From assembly GCA_965113315.1 (NCBI GenBank), contig OZ220366.1: a stretch of 64,000 nt of DNA. One strand, written 5' to 3'. The stretch comes from Podarcis vaucheri. Its lineage: Eukaryota. The translations under genes were made by a program, and so were the position numbers. Under the pieces are notes generated by a model that was given only the letters and a program-made list of their open reading frames with translations, was not told the DNA's origin and did not search any database. How positions within the stretch are numbered: the first letter of the stretch is position 1; each line of letters opens with the position of its first letter. Shown here in pieces: positions 10,653-25,446 of the stretch.

Positions 10653-13520
10653 CTACTTCTTGTAGCCCAAAAAATCTAGAGGGCACCAGGTTGGCAAAGG
10701 CTGATGTAGCTAAATCCCATTGCACTTGAATCGTAAATCTATGCATGTAGGAGAAGTTTCCATAACTCAGAGTTCAGCATTGTGAATTCTTTAAGAGGAT
10801 GAGTGTATCAAAAGGAAAGGTTAGGAAGGCCACCGTGCTTTCTGGAAATGTAAATTTCCTTGAAATTGTCAAGGCAGAAAATTGCTTCGTAGAAAAACAG
10901 AAGGGGCTGGATGTTGTACATGGAAATCAATCTGTTCCAAAGCACATAAAACATTTTTATTTAATGTTGCTGTTGGTTTTCTGTTTTCTTTTTTTTAAAT
11001 GTATCAATAGCATCATTATTCTTTATGAAGTGTCCATTCTGCATTTGTCACTATTGCAACAAATAGCCTCGGTCTTAAGGTGCTTTATTGAAAGAACAGG
11101 CAGCAATTAGGTCTAGACACTCTTCCCCCACCCCACTCATTTTCCAGCCCAGATAATGTACACTAAAATGCCATCCAATCATGCATAAACTCAACCATCA
11201 TGCAAGCATAAAGATATTGTTATGAAGCTGGAAAAAAAAAACATTTAAAAGTTGTTTTGCCTCTGAGAACAGGCATAAACAATAACTATTAAGACAGAAA
11301 GGAGGAGTAACCCAAAAGATACACTGCAAAAGGTTCGTGATGTGCTCTGAAACTGGGGATGAGAGGGGGACAGTCTATCATAAACTGAATGCCTCTTGTA
11401 GTACAGATCTTATTGGGCCAGGGCACGGGGTTTGGAAACTATATGTCAGTTGGCCTGTGATCTGTGTAAGCTGCAGAGATGTACCTTAGAAAAGTAATAA
11501 AAAATGAGCACATCTGTGTCTTCTGGTATGGGCACCTCTTGTCTTGAGGCAACATCAGAAATGGTCTTTGGGACACTGTGTAAAGCAGCTGGATAGCCAG
11601 GGTAGTCCAGGAGATAGAAGTCCTGGAAAACTGGTGTTCGGAGTCTATTTCAAACATGGAGTCATTACTGTGGCTTTTGTCAAGCCACCCATGCCAATCA
11701 GTATTAATGATTACAAGTGCAAGGAGACACTGTGGGGAAGGTGGGTCGGTCCAACTCTGGCACAGTTGCTGTTCTGATCGCCCTCTACCCATTCTGAAGT
11801 GGAGAGGTTATTGTATCCATAGAGGCTCCATGCACATTTTGGAACCCTGTAAGCCATGTTGACTACTATGCACATGAGTCACCCCTTAAATCAACCGGGT
11901 AATGTCTTATGAGAGTCCTTTGCTTGATTTACAAAACTTCAAGCGCACCTCCCTCGCTTTGCTTAATCTTTGTGTCTTTGCTTTCTTAGAAGAACGCTCT
12001 GAAACCAGACTTTGATACCTTTCTTACTCTAAAAGTCTCTTTCTAAATCAGAGAAATAATGTTGATGATTTATCTGCAGTGCCAAAAATCTTCATAGTTG
12101 GCACAAGAAGAGCAATAATGTATATCTCTGCCCCACTCTCTCTGACAGCTTCCCATTTTCAGTATCTCATGAGAAAAAATTGATGTGGAAGTCACACTGA
12201 CATGAAGAGATATGTCATTTGTGACATCATTCTCCCCCTGTGCTTTGCACATGACAGGTGTTTGGCATTCTTATTTTAAATCTGTCCATTCTTCAGTGAA
12301 GAGCAAACACCTTAATTCCGTTATTTTCCTGTTACAGGGTGTTAGATTTACAGGCCTTCAGTTGATAACACTAATGAGTTTACTTCAGGAGAAGTAGATT
12401 GGGTTGGGGTGGAGGGAACTTGGAGAGTTTCTCGTACTAATGAGGTTCAGTTTGTTGACAGAATGGTTGGCACCTAATTACTACCTCCATCAGAAAACGA
12501 TTTTAAAGCATAATATTTACTTTTACCTCTAGCTGTGGTGAATTTCTGCTTTAATCATCATTCTGCATTTAATGTCAGTACCTCTTGTGATGGGAAAATG
12601 CCAGTGCAAAATGATGCTTGAAATAGTGAGGCTCTTGGTACTGAGGGGAACTGGCACTGTTGTAATACAGCAGCCATCTTGAAACGACAGAGCAGGGCTT
12701 CAGTTAATCACAAAATTACAAACTGGGAAAACATGAGTTCTTCTACTTCTGCCAAGGGATTCTTTAAGGCCTCTCAAACTTCCATTTTTGCAGCTGTAAG
12801 TGAGGATTAAACTGAATGGTTTCATTGTGGGGTGGTAAGGCTTAAGCCTGTAAAATCTGGAACATACAGCGAGAATTTCCATTGCTAATGACACAAGGAA
12901 TGTAGATAAAAATAGGTTTTCAGGTGAACGTTTTAAGATTGCAGTTCCATATTCATTACTTGCTGAGGGTAGTAGATCTCACTGACTTTAGTGGGATTTA
13001 TTTCAGAGTAAACACACCTAGGATTGTGCTTTAAATGTTTTTGGCAGGTCATGCTCGCTCATTCGTTTCTATAATACAAATTCGTCGTTTATAGTGATCT
13101 TAAACAAATGTGTGTAATTTCATCTGTCACTTGCTGGAGGGTGTACACTGTAATTTCTTCATTATGAAAGCAAACATTTACCTTTGAGAGGTAAACCCAA
13201 GTATTACTGAGTGACTTTGCTGCCTCTTAAAATATTATCAATGATTTATATGTCTTATTGATGATCATACAGCATGGTAGTATCATCCAATCAATTTACA
13301 ATGTGGTGCATTTCATTCCTTTTTTCCATTCATCATCTCATCTAGCTTTTTGGTCAATATCCCTGCAAATGGAGCCCATCTACCCTCCTTTTCATTCCCT
13401 CAGTGCTCAGTGAATGGGTGGATTTCTGTGAAGCAACCTCATCTAGCTGAAGCATGCTATAGCCCAGCGGCTACTGGTCAGGTGTGTATTTCAGTGTTGG
13501 GGTCTGGCATAGAATATTTT

Positions 13521-13930
13521 GAATAAGAATAAGAATATCTTTATTGTCATTGCCCCCTTCGGGGACAACGAAATTACTTGACTGCTCCATAAAAACACTA
13601 ATTAAACAATACAGCAAGGGAGATTAGATGACTTTCAAAGTCCGGGCTTCCCATTCAGGGCCAAGATCGCTCTGGAGAAGAAGCTGTTCTTAAGACGGCT
13701 CGTTCTTGTCTTCATCGTCCTGTATCTCCGTCCCGACGGCAAGAGCTCGAAGAGACAGTGACCAGGATGCGATGGATCTTTTACTATGTCCAGTGCCTTC
13801 CTATGGCACCTTGTGGCATAAATCTGCTCTAAGATGGAGAGTGGGCAGCCAACAATGCTCTCTGCTGCCTTAACAACCCTGCACAACCCCACCCTGTCCT
13901 GGGCAGTACAGCTTCCGTACCACACACATA
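13521..13930 (-). mobile_element. Rex1/Babar LINE 3' fragment
   Basis: ORF 13635..13925 (WYGSCTAQDR...DPSHPGHCLFELLPSGRRYR...TSRLKNSFF) matches the Rex1/Babar C-terminus. An (ATTCTT)n tail lies at 13521-13537. Confidence 0.85.
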
Positions 13931-15955
13931 AGCCCGGACAAGGTTGCAGTACAAGGTTCTCGTAAAGCAGGAGTGGGGGCCATTTAGCTCACCACTCAGC
14001 CTTGGCCAGAATAGCTAAAGAGCAGGGAGACAAAATTCAACAACATGTGAATGGTCCCATGTTCCCAATCCGTGTCAATGTAAAAGATATGGCAAGCCTT
14101 ATGCTGTATGGATCAGAGTGAATAATTAGATGGAGAAAGGCATTTTGGCGACAAGTGGTGGGAAGACTTTGAAAAAAAGGCGTGGAATTCTTTCTGGCTT
14201 GTCTGATGGAATCATCTCCCCCCCCCTTCCTTCCATGAGGGGGTCTTACAACCCTTCAGGAGAGGCACAGGGTGCACATGGAGAGAAGAGGGTGGGGAAA
14301 GCCCCACTGAACGAGTGGGAGCCATTGTGCTAGTTTCTGCTAGCAGGGCTGGGTGGCTGAATCTGGCTCAAGGACTATCTTGGGGACGTGGACATCTTTT
14401 TAATGAGGTGGGTTTTTTTAAATTCTGGGATTTCTTTGTAGTCATGCAGGTGCACACTTGCCCTCACGTTTCTGTATATAAAGGGTTCCAGAAATTATTG
14501 AGTCCATGAGAGGCATGTCTGAGAATAGAAGGCCTTGGTGGGAGATGGCAGCATTGAGGGCTCAAGTAAGAGCACGGCTTCTGGCTGCCTGATAATAGTT
14601 CACTTCCTCCTGCTGCTCTAAAAGCAATTCCTGGAAAAGATACCCAGACTAGACATCTTTGCCGAAGTGATGTGGCTCGTGTCACTGGGTGCTATGTTCT
14701 TAACCCCACATGCCTGCCCACCTTCCCTATCAGTGGAAGAAAAAGCCATACATTATGGCAGACAAGGTCACTGTAAATGGAATTCATTGTAACTTGTCTG
14801 CTCCTGAGTTAGGTCCCAGACTTAGAGAACAATGTCTCCCATTTTTCTTCCTGCAGTTCACTGTTATGTTAAGGATCTTATCTGAGTAGAACAAACAGCA
14901 ACTGATCACTATCAGGCCTGTGGCAGAAGAACTTACTGGAAAATAATTATACGTACATAGCTGACAACCATAGAATATATTAAAATGAATATTATTGGGA
15001 TTTTCTTAATTCAGACCACAAACCAATTTTAGTCGGTCTCCAGAGGCCCTGCCATTTTTCTTTTTTAATTGTTCACAATTTCACTCGTCATGAGGGAAGT
15101 TATTTTCAAAAATGGGGAGAAAAGTACATGAATGTTAGTTACATATTGTTTAAGAGGGGTATAGAGCATCATGTCTACAAATCTTATGCCAGAAACGGCA
15201 AACTTTATTCCAAAAGTCTTGGTGTATAGAACCGCATTCCACAACCTGCAACAACAAATGCAAAGTCTACCTTTGCATAGTAAATCTGGTTTCTGCATAC
15301 ACCATCAAGACAAGCAGTGAACATGATCAGAATTCAAGGCTCATTCCAGCCAGACAAAAGCATTCAAGAAGGGCATAAAGTGGGGCCGGTGAGAGTTTTT
15401 GACTTGCAGAGAGTCCCAAGAGTTAGACCTAGAGACCTGGGGGCCACTCTGAGCCTCAAGTTCCCCATCCCGGTCTAGATGCAAAACTTTGTTGCAGAGC
15501 ACAACAAGGCTGTGAGTGTCACAGGATTTGCCATCAGCAGTACATTGAATAAGCGAGTGTGTCGCAGGATCTGAATTTGTTCCAATCCAATTATAATATT
15601 TGGACTTGGTTATTGGTTACTATTCATTTGTCAAATGGGAATTCATTGCAGTTGGAGCTAACAGCATGCAAATGTATTCCATAAGGTGCCCACTTGCTTG
15701 AAATCAAAAACCTTCTGTTGGCATAGCTTGCTGAAGCATTCAGCAGCTGGGTACAGTCACCTAACCATTCCCTCCAGCAGCTGTGTTTGCTAACTGGCTC
15801 TGCCCTCATTTAAACTAGCTGTCATGGCAGTCAACTGATGTTACTCCAGGGGATCAGAGGGAAGTGAAAATAATTCAGAGTCAACAACTAGCAACTCAAC
15901 AACAACATCAACAAGAAAATAGCAGGCAAAACAAAGCAACTAAAATTTCAAAAGG

Positions 15956-16177
15956 NNNNNNNNNNNNNNNNNNNNNNNNNNNNNNNNNNNNNNNNNNNNN
16001 NNNNNNNNNNNNNNNNNNNNNNNNNNNNNNNNNNNNNNNNNNNNNNNNNNNNNNNNNNNNNNNNNNNNNNNNNNNNNNNNNNNNNNNNNNNNNNNNNNNN
16101 NNNNNNNNNNNNNNNNNNNNNNNNNNNNNNNNNNNNNNNNNNNNNNNNNNNNNNNNNNNNNNNNNNNNNNNNNNNNN
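15956..16177. other. Assembly gap
   Basis: Run of N. Confidence 1.
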
Positions 16178-16810
16178 AGACACGCATTTATTACAAACTT
16201 CTAGAAGAGGTCAACATCTCCCTACTGAAATCCGACCAAGTTGATGTATAATTTTTTTTAAAGGAAAGTTTTAAATAAGTCAACCAAACCACCAAGTAGG
16301 GTGAGCAAAACAAACAGGAAGCTCCATCTTTCAAATCTGGCTCTAAAATTACATTTGCTGTAGTGGATAGCATAAATGTATTATTGCTGCAAAGGGGATC
16401 CAGAATAGCATGGCAATGATTCCTGTCAGCAAATTTGTGTAACTGTTGTGAACAAGCTCCCCCCGCTTTGTCTAAAGTTTCTGCTGTGTTCAGACTTTCT
16501 TTGGCCCACAATGCGTCAAAAACGGGCTGTGCTGGTGTGCAAGGGGGGGGGACTCCTCATTTGATATGCCACAGCACAGTCTATGTCTGTGGAAGTTTGT
16601 TTCAACCACTTCCCTTCCACTTTGGAATGCCTGCCTAGTTCACTTCAAGCGTAGTGAAGCCTTGCTCCTGATGATGTGTCCACTAACTGGGCTCTGTCTC
16701 CATGTGTTGGAAGAAGGTCTGAGTGGACAATCAGTTGTACTGCTGGAGGCTCTTCCATGTGACTGGGTAAACCTTTATCCTTTTGTCATGTGGAGTCCAT
16801 GTAGCAGAGC

Positions 16811-17092
16811 CAGGGCCAGATTTAGGTTTGATGAGGCCCTAAGCTACTGAAGGTAATGGGGCCCTTTATTATGTCCAGCAGTCCTTTGTCAACAACAAAT
16901 TGTCACTGTTTTTTTTGTGTGTGTTGAATTTATGGACCTAATAGGTATCTAAAGCCATTTGACATAACAAAATATGTATTTTATCACAGTAATTGTGTAG
17001 TATATTAATAGTGAAATTTTTTGGGGGGGCGCCCCCGAGAGAGTGGGGCCCTAAGCTATAGCTTGTTTAGCTGATACGTAAATCCAGCACTG
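16811..17092. mobile_element. hAT-superfamily MITE
   Basis: Perfect 8-bp TSD AGCAGAGC (16803-16810, 17093-17100) and imperfect TIRs CAGGGCCAGATTTA / TAAATCCAGCACTG. Confidence 0.85.
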
Positions 17093-20000
17093 AGCAGAGC
17101 CTATGAAGGCAGCTTCTGTTTGCACCCTTTCTTCTCTCTTTGTGAGGACTACTGTGCCACCCAGGCACAGAGAGCCATTTCCCATGTCTGCCATATTCAC
17201 AGTGGAAGGAGAGGGAGTCGGAGCAGGTTGTGCAATTACCTTGGGTGCCTTGTGTGCTTTGAAGGAGCTGGCCTGGGGAAAAAAGCAACAGCTAAGGGAG
17301 CCTTAGGGTACATGACACCTAGAGAACCAATTCTGTTGTTCTCGAGTCTGGGAACTTCATTTTCAAAGAGTTCTCAAAGCCTCCACTAAGGAACATTTCC
17401 AAGGAAATCACCGTTGATTTGATTTATTATATTCCTATGTCATGACAACTAAAACTAATAGAAAAAATGTATCATTTGTCAATATTGCCCTGTAAGCCAG
17501 CTGCGTGACCTGAAGTCCAATAGATACTTCAAATGCAGGGCCGGAATGAGATATGTACACAGACATGTTTATCTCAGATTTACAGCTGTTGGGACTGATG
17601 TGTACACTTGAGATGGTGAGGTGCTGTAGCAGTAATGGGAAATATGCAGCAACAGATGAACAGGCTGCGCACCTCTGCCTGTTGTTCATTTGGCCATTTC
17701 TTCTCTGCCGCTTCATGCGCTTAGACCCCCGCTGTCCCTCCTCAGCATCAGTACAGAACACTAGTCCTCCCAGCATTAATTAGCTTAATGTTTGGCATTC
17801 AGATAGCTGAGGGTTAATCCTCTGTCTCCTTTCATTTTTCAACAAGTGAGCCTTTTGGCCATCTGTGCTGGAGGATTCGCTGACAGGACCTTAATCTAAG
17901 CCGAGAGAGATTGATTTCAGGCTCTCTTTTCCTGTTTTATGGCCACCTTTTGTTCATTACCACATTTCTATCAAGCAAATGAACAGCCAAGCGAGGCCAT
18001 GTGTTTTGCTGACATTTTCACGAGAGGATTCGGTATTGCCAGCCGTACAATAGTTGAAGATCTCAAAGGTTAATGTACCCTCAGGATTGTGTAGTCTGGT
18101 TCTCCCCCTCCTGAAACCTAAATGCATAATCACCTCCTTAATCAATGCCTTTAACCTTTCTGAATTTCATCTGAGATGTAATGTTATAATGAATCCAAGA
18201 TTCAAAGGGTGAAATGAGTGGGAAATGGTGGCAAAGCGTCTTCTCTGAAGTGGAGGTGGTGGGGGGGGGGGAGGAATGAAATGGCTTTTGGAAAAAATAT
18301 ATGTAACAGGCTGCTGTTATCTTGGCAGTTCTGCCACATCATGGGCTGCAATGATATAATGCCCCCTGAGCAAAGAGGTAGGCTGCTTGGGTTGTTGACG
18401 CAGATGCCATAAGACAGGCCTATCGAGACAACCGCAGCATACCAGTGCTGTACCGGGTGGTTTGCCAGTGCTTGAAAATCCTTTTATTTTGCAACCTTAA
18501 CCGGGCAGCAAAAAGAGGTTGATAGAATTCTCTGTTGGATTGCCATACGTGGCTGGGCTCATCAAGCTTGATGAGTTACAGGTTGTGCACTAAAGCAGCA
18601 AATAAGATGTAGAGTTCATCTGATACAGGATGTGTATGGCAATGTGCCATGTTTCTCTGTGTGCAAACCCACATGCGACATACTCACATGGTTGCATTGC
18701 CCTGTGTTCAGCTGTCACAGACCAAGGTGAAGAGCTACACCCTCGATTAAGAGGGAAGTTTCACAGTTTGGGAGACATGCAGGAGAAGACTCTCTTACCA
18801 GACCATCACCCCTCGCTCCTCTGAGGGAGATGGCACCCTAAGATGGCCTATCTATCTTGTAGATTGCAATGTCCTGGCTAACGGATAAGAGAAGAGAGGC
18901 TTTTTCATGCACATGAAAATAGACTTCACCTCTCTTCGTTTACTATCATTTTAGAAAGATGGAAGGCTCTAGTTTCACACTCTGCCTTGCTTAGGATACA
19001 ATCCAACCCCCTGATCCACCACGGGATACTGGTGCAACGTTTATTGTGATGCCCACCAATCTTTTTGCCAGCAGGACTCCATGGAAAGCTCTAAAGCAGG
19101 GCATTCTGGCGGTGGGGATGGGCTGATCTGACCTGGGGTCTGCTGGATTGCAAGCCAGTCCCAACAAAAATGACAAATGTTGTTCATCTTTATTGATGTG
19201 AATGCTCCATTGTGAGATTGCATTGTGGGGAGGGGGTATTTGCTTCTGTAAGGGCCATTGAGTTTACTACGTGGTTAATTGTAGCTTCCTCATGTATAGA
19301 ATCATGACTCTCTCTCCACTTCGAACATGACAGTGTACACCACAATGGCACATGCTGTGCATTCTTAATGCACAGCCACTTGGCTCACTTCTTTCAGCAA
19401 TTTGCTGCCAAGGCTCTGCAGAGTGATGGGAAAACTCTCCTCCCCTTCCCTGCAGAATTAATCAGGCAAAAGAACCCAGTATCTTATATAAGGAAAAGGG
19501 GGCACTTCATGAGGATCGTGTTTCTAATGGTTTGAACTTCAATCATTTTATTATCCCCTGAGGGTAAATTTGCCTCCTGGAATTCATTTTCAGTATTACC
19601 CATTATTTCTTTCCAGGGATTTAAATAAATGTATTTCATCAATTTTTATATCTTGAAAATACATAAATTATAATGAGATTCAGGAAAGCCATATGCACAT
19701 TTTCCTCTTGAGGACAGCGTGTATTACAGAATCCTGCTGCTTGTCAATTTCAGTCACATTGATTATTCAACTATTCTGCATTTTCTTATTTCCTGCAATG
19801 CGCTGGCCATTTAGATGCAGATCAAATAGCTTCCGTTTGATCAATACAGTATGGCTTCCTAAGAGAAAGTCATCTCCTTTGTTGTTGTAGTTGTTCACTC
19901 AGGTATGTCTTTCATAACAGACACCCCTTCCCTACCTTAATAATATGAAATTCACTATTCTCTTTAGCCACCTGTGCCAATCATGTATCCTGTAACTAAA

Positions 20001-20268
20001 AAGCACCACCACTCCTTCCACCTCTGCTTACTCAGTGGAAAGAACCAGCATCTGCAAGTTCAGTTGGTAACAACACAAGTATGTCCAAGTTCATCATTCT
20101 GCAAACACAAAGTCTGTTGATGATTTTTGAAAAGAACTTACTACATTTCTTAATCATTTCTGATCTATTAAACAGTTGTCTTTTCCTGCCATTCTGGGCC
20201 CCTCTTGTGGTGATGATGGTGAAGACAAAGAACAGCGAGAGCCGCCGCCACCTGTTCACTGCCTTGTT

Positions 20269-20513
20269 GAGAGCCAGTGTGGTGTAGTGGTTAAGAGCGG
20301 TAGACTCGTAATCTGGGGAACCGGGTTCGCGTTTCCGCTCCTCCACATGCAGCTGCTGGGTGACCTTGGGCTAGTCACACTTCTCTGAAGTCTCTCAGCC
20401 CCACTCACCTCACAGAGTGTTTGTTGTGGGGGAGGAAGGGAAAGGAGAATGTTAGCTGCTTTGAGACTTCTTCGGGTAGTGATAAAGCGGGATATCAAAT
20501 CCAAACTCTTCTT
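20269..20513 (+). mobile_element. tRNA-derived SINE (Squam3-like)
   Basis: A-box TGGTGTAGTGG, B-box-like GGTTCGCGTTTCC, a CORE-like segment (tgggtgaccttgggc-agtcac) and a short (CTT)n tail. Confidence 0.8.
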
Positions 20514-21134
20514 GGTATGTTTCCGCTCTTCCTCAAGGCCCAATGGCATGGTAGTCAGAAGTGGTTTGCAAGGTGGGGCAGAGCTGCTCGGCTAGGTTCA
20601 GACTGGTGGGTTTCTGTAGCTTACAGGGAAGCGGAACGGTAAGATTGTGAGGAGGTCAGCATGGTGCAAACAGGGCATGAGGAGCACTGGATTGGCTCCA
20701 CCAGTGTTTTTGCACCATGCTGAGCTCACTACCTGTTTGCCCCTCCCTCTCACAGTAAGTAACTGTGATTCAGTTGGCAGGAGACTGGTGAAGTGGATAT
20801 GCCCTCCTTAGTGAGCCACTTCTGATGGCAGTGATACTGTTACTCCACCTCAGCACATCCATCCCTCTTCCTGTAGAGCAAGCTACTGCAGCAATCTCTG
20901 TTATGTTATATGTTTTATTCCTAATTGCCAAGAGTTAACTGTTAGCTCACCACCTGCAGAGCTGGATTGAGACCTTTAGAAGCTGTAAGCACTAAAAACA
21001 TGGGGCCTCCCTAAATGTAATTCAAAATAAAAACATTACTAAGTCATAGTATGAAATGTTACCTTTTTTTAATGACGCAAAGCTTACATGTATTCTGAAA
21101 TGCACATCCATATATATCATGTGCAACATGCACT

Positions 21135-21492
21135 AAAGGTAAAGGTAAAGGGACCCCTGACCATTAGGTCCAGTTCTGACCGACTCTGGGGTTGTGGTGC
21201 TCATCTCGCTTTATTGGCTGAGGGAGCCAGCGTACAGCTTCCGGGTCCTGTGGCCAGCATGACTAAGCCGCTTCTGGCAAAATCAGAGCAGCGCATGGAA
21301 ACACAGTTTACCTTCCCACCGGAGCGGTACCTATTTATCTACTTGCACTTTGACGTGCTTTCCAACTGCTAGGTGGGCAGGAGCAGGGACCAAGCAACGG
21401 GAACTCACCCCGTCACGGGGATTTGAACCGCCGACCTTCTGATCGGCAAGTCCTAGGCTCTGTGGTTTAACCCACAGCGCAACCCGCATCCC
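21135..21492 (-). mobile_element. Sauria-type SINE, full length
   Basis: tRNA-like head with B-box on the minus strand, (ACCTTT)n tail, TSD TGCAACATGC(A/G)CTA at 21122-21135 and 21495-21508. Confidence 0.9.
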
Positions 21493-22885
21493 TATGCAAC
21501 ATGCGCTAGATGCCCACTAATTTAGATGGGGATAAGTAATAAACAGAGAACAGAAAAATGTAGTGTGTAAGCAAGTTTAGTAAGCAAGTCCAACAAATTT
21601 CTGACTTCTCCCTTGATATCTACTTTGATGCTTTTTAAAAAAAATAATCAAATGTCAAATTCTTTCCAAAATCTCTCTCTCTCTGTCTCTCCGCCCTAAG
21701 CCCATGCATAGTGTGCCTATTGGATAATGAAGCAGTAACCAGCCTGATATCATTTAGACTATGTGGGCAAGGAAACGCAGTAGGTATTGAATCTGTGATA
21801 AATGTAAGTGCTTGTAATGAGATGGAGCCATTCTGTTTTAAGGGGATTGTGTTTATTTAATACAAGCCACATCAGTTAAGTTCAATTGCATCAACAGCTC
21901 TTACCTCAGTGAAGAAAAGAATTAAACGAACCTTTTTGGGCAGAAACCAGGCAGAGATGAACTCCTTCGATTTCAAAGGGAGGGGGGAGAGAGATTTAAG
22001 TAGGTACTTAACTTTTCCACTGAAATCGATGGGGTGTTAAAGTGCTTCACTTGGCTGGGTTACATTGATCATGCTCCGCACCACCAAATGTGTCTGACGC
22101 TTTTGCTTTGGTTTTGTCCCCTGCCCAAACCTGTTTCTTTAAGATACTCATTGAGTGAATGGAGGAGAACCTAAGTGCCACTGATAACAAATATTAATAT
22201 AACAGTTGCAAGTTCTTGAGAGCCTTATCAAATATTTCAGAATCTTTAAAACTTCAAGCACTCTCACTTCACGGTACCTTTTTAAAAAAAGGACGTTTCA
22301 GTATAAAAACCCATCCACTTAACATGTTCCCCTAATTCTCTTCTGCTACCCACCAAATAAATATTTCACAGAAAATCTTGCACATCAAACCTATGCAGTT
22401 ACTCTGATTTATTTAAAGTGCAAGAGGTCTTTAACTAGCAGAGGGGGAAAGAGATTCCCTGCACTGAAGCAGAAGACAGCGTATTCATTCAGCACTCATA
22501 AAAATTAGCCCCACCTTATCCAGAGCAGAGTATAGGATAAAACAAAAGCAGGAATTTCCATACGACACTTCCTACATTTGCTGCATATTTATCTGTTACT
22601 CCTTCACACTTCACACTTCACACAAACACCTGTTATGTAACCAGAATTCTTAAAAAGTGGCGAGGAAAGGGTTTTACTTTTTGACAAATGTACCGTATTT
22701 TGTGGAATAAAATGAGGGTAGCAATTTCTTCCTGAGGGGCTTGGGAGTACAGAGCTAGCATACCCTCCAGCATTTATCCAATGAAACAACTCCTTTATTT
22801 ACACCCTACCCATATGACTAGGTTATCCCAGCTACTCTGGCTTCCAACATGTATAAAAACATAATAATACATCAAACATTAAAAT

Positions 22886-22953
22886 GAGTGGGGATTTGAA
22901 CTCTGGTCTCCCAGGCCCTAGTCTGCCACTCTAACCATTACACCACACTGACT
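22886..22953 (-). mobile_element. tRNA-derived SINE head fragment
   Basis: The minus strand reads cagtgtggtgtaatggttagagtg...gagttcaaatccccactc (A and B boxes). Confidence 0.6.
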
Positions 22954-25205
22954 TTTCCGTGTCATCTCATCCCTGACCATTAGCCATGCTGACCCAGGAC
23001 TGGTGAGTGCATGGTGCTGTACAAAATGGCAGGTGGCATGGCCAGGCTGGGGATAGGGGTACACATTTGTTGGTTCGGCTCAGGTGCCAAGGTTTCTTGG
23101 GCTGGCCTGGGGGAACAGGGGTCCCTTAAAAACTCTCAGTACTCTTCACAAACTCCCGGGATTCTTGGGGGGAAGCCATGATGGTTTAAAGTAGTACCAT
23201 AGTGCTTTAAATATACCGTGTGGATGTGTTAGAGCTTTAAGAGGGACTGTTAGTTTTTGAGAGGTTTCTCTTTTTCTTTCGTTTGGTGCAGGCCTTAGAG
23301 CTGAGGCACTGTGTCACATGGTTCCTCAAAAGCTTGTGTTTGTGCAAAGGTACCAGAGTCTCCTGAGTATTCCCTGAAGATCAGAACCAAGGGGTGGACT
23401 ACAAACGATAGGTAAGCTCGTTCTTCATATTGACCTCACCCAAGGGATGTTGCAGAGTGGCTGTCATGTGCAGATGCATTGGACACCAAATAGGCCCAGG
23501 GAAGAGGAGACATGGGTCCCTGTCGATGGAAGCAGAGGATGGGGAAGCCCTAGAGATATGCAGGAAAATATTTTCAAGTCGTTGGTTTTATTATTTATGT
23601 TTGTTTTAATATGACTGTAACCAACCACCAAAGAAATTCCAAAATTCACATTAGAGCAATGCCATCATTATTTGCTACCCAAAATGTTACAAAATAGTGC
23701 ACAAGGTTTTACATTATCCAAAAGTGTTCATCATACTAGAAGATAAACAAAGCAAGGATGTGAAGTTGGCTGATGTTGTAGCCACTGGCAGTATTTACGT
23801 TAAGTTATAGTCTAAACCTGGAATGTGGAAAAGGACATGCCAATTGAGCTTTGTTAGGTGCTGTTTTAGACTACACCTAGAATGCCCACAAAGAAGCATT
23901 CCTATACCCACAGTCCCTGAGTGGTGAGAGGTTTCAGGGGTAGCAGCACATACCTCAGGTGTGGTTTCCTTACAATGAAGGGCATAGCAAACTGTGCTGT
24001 ATTTGTAATGTATGATATCATAGATCATGTGGCATATGATTATTCCAGCATAAGATTCCAGGCCAGATCATAAGCAGAGCAATTGTGGATGGTTGTGGAG
24101 CCAGCTGATGATGAAAGCAGCATCATGTATGCTATGAGGGAGGGAGGGAGGGAGGGAGGAAGGGAGGAAGGAAGGAAGGAAACTTATTTAGCTTATACGT
24201 AAATCCGGCCCTGGCTGTGGAGAATGTATCCTACATTTTCATTTTGCAAAATATATCAGCACAAATACACTTTAGTGCTGAGGAATAAAGCAAAGAAAAG
24301 AGAAGCAGAAGCTATGTACACTCAAGTGAAATTCAGCAATAATTTATCCAGCTGATTTAACGCTTCCCCAAGTGCTGTTCTATCTCAAACGGAATATGCA
24401 GAGCATATGGAACTATAGATTTGGAAATTGACCCTCAAGTAGCAACCCTTCTCATGAGTGTAATTGTTTTAGTTAGTAATAACTATTCTTCTCCAGTTTT
24501 AAATATTTTAAGGAAAATTTTCCACCTAATTGTGAATCTGTTGTCTGTTTTTTGCCTCATGAGACCAGTAAACATATGGTAGTAGAGACTGACAACCCTA
24601 CAATCAAAGAAATGTTCATGCTTTTATGATCATTGTAGAGCACATAACTTCATCTACAGTTTTACACAGTTTATCTTCAATGTTAGAGCAAAATGAAGTG
24701 GGTTTGGACAAGAGCAGAACCTCTGGCAACTTTTATATGGGCAACTACAGCTCAGGACCACAAAGAAATAACCTGGACCAGAAAAGTTTATGCAAACAAT
24801 TTTTTGCCCCTGCAAAATCATTGTGGCAAATGGTGTACATAATGAATTTATAGTCTGGCATGCTGAGTGATCTGCAAACACGGCAGTGTAAGCCTCTGCA
24901 CAAATATATCAGCATAAGTGATGGGGAGGAGGAATAAGCAGTAGCAATGCACATGTTCATTCCTTTAAATTGGTTCCCTTTCAGTTGAATTGTGTATTAG
25001 CAAGCTCTCTTGTGTCTGTATTAAAGGCTTTTAAGTATAGCTTTGAATAAAGCTCAATAACAAGAAAACACTCACTCTCCCTCACCCCCCCCCCAATGTG
25101 ATGGAATGTTGGTAAAAATCTGACACAGAGGCATGATCAGAGAACAATGAAATTAGAATGGTAATTTTTAGTTGACAGAGCAATCTTAAACTTTTCTCTG
25201 CTATA

Positions 25206-25446
25206 CAGTGGTACCTCAGGTTAAGAACTTAATTCGTTCTGGAGGTCTGTTCTTAACCTGAAACTGTTCTTAACTTGAAGACCACTTTAGCTAATGGGGC
25301 CTCCTGCTGCCGCCACGCCGCTGGAGCACGGTTTCTGTTCTCATCCTGAAGCAAAGTTCTTAACCCGAGGTACTATTTCTGGGTTGGCGGAGTCTGTAAC
25401 CTGAAGTGTATGTAACCTGAAGCGTATGTAACCCGAGGTACCACTG
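25206..25446. mobile_element. Tc1/mariner (Tigger-like) MITE
   Basis: TIRs CAGTGGTACCTC...GAGGTACCACTG with a TA target duplication. Confidence 0.88.

Noticed and set aside
15864-16244. ORFs spanning the N runs
   Set aside because: Artefacts of the assembly gaps (also 55037-55433).
18558-18575. 18-bp perfect palindrome CTCATCAAGCTTGATGAG
   Set aside because: A 9-bp arm palindrome is expected about 0.2-0.3 times by chance in 64 kb (64000/4^9).
20269-20345. tRNA gene
   Set aside because: The A/B boxes continue into a SINE body and tail, so this is a SINE head. The same applies at 21420-21492, 22886-22953 and 38690-38763.
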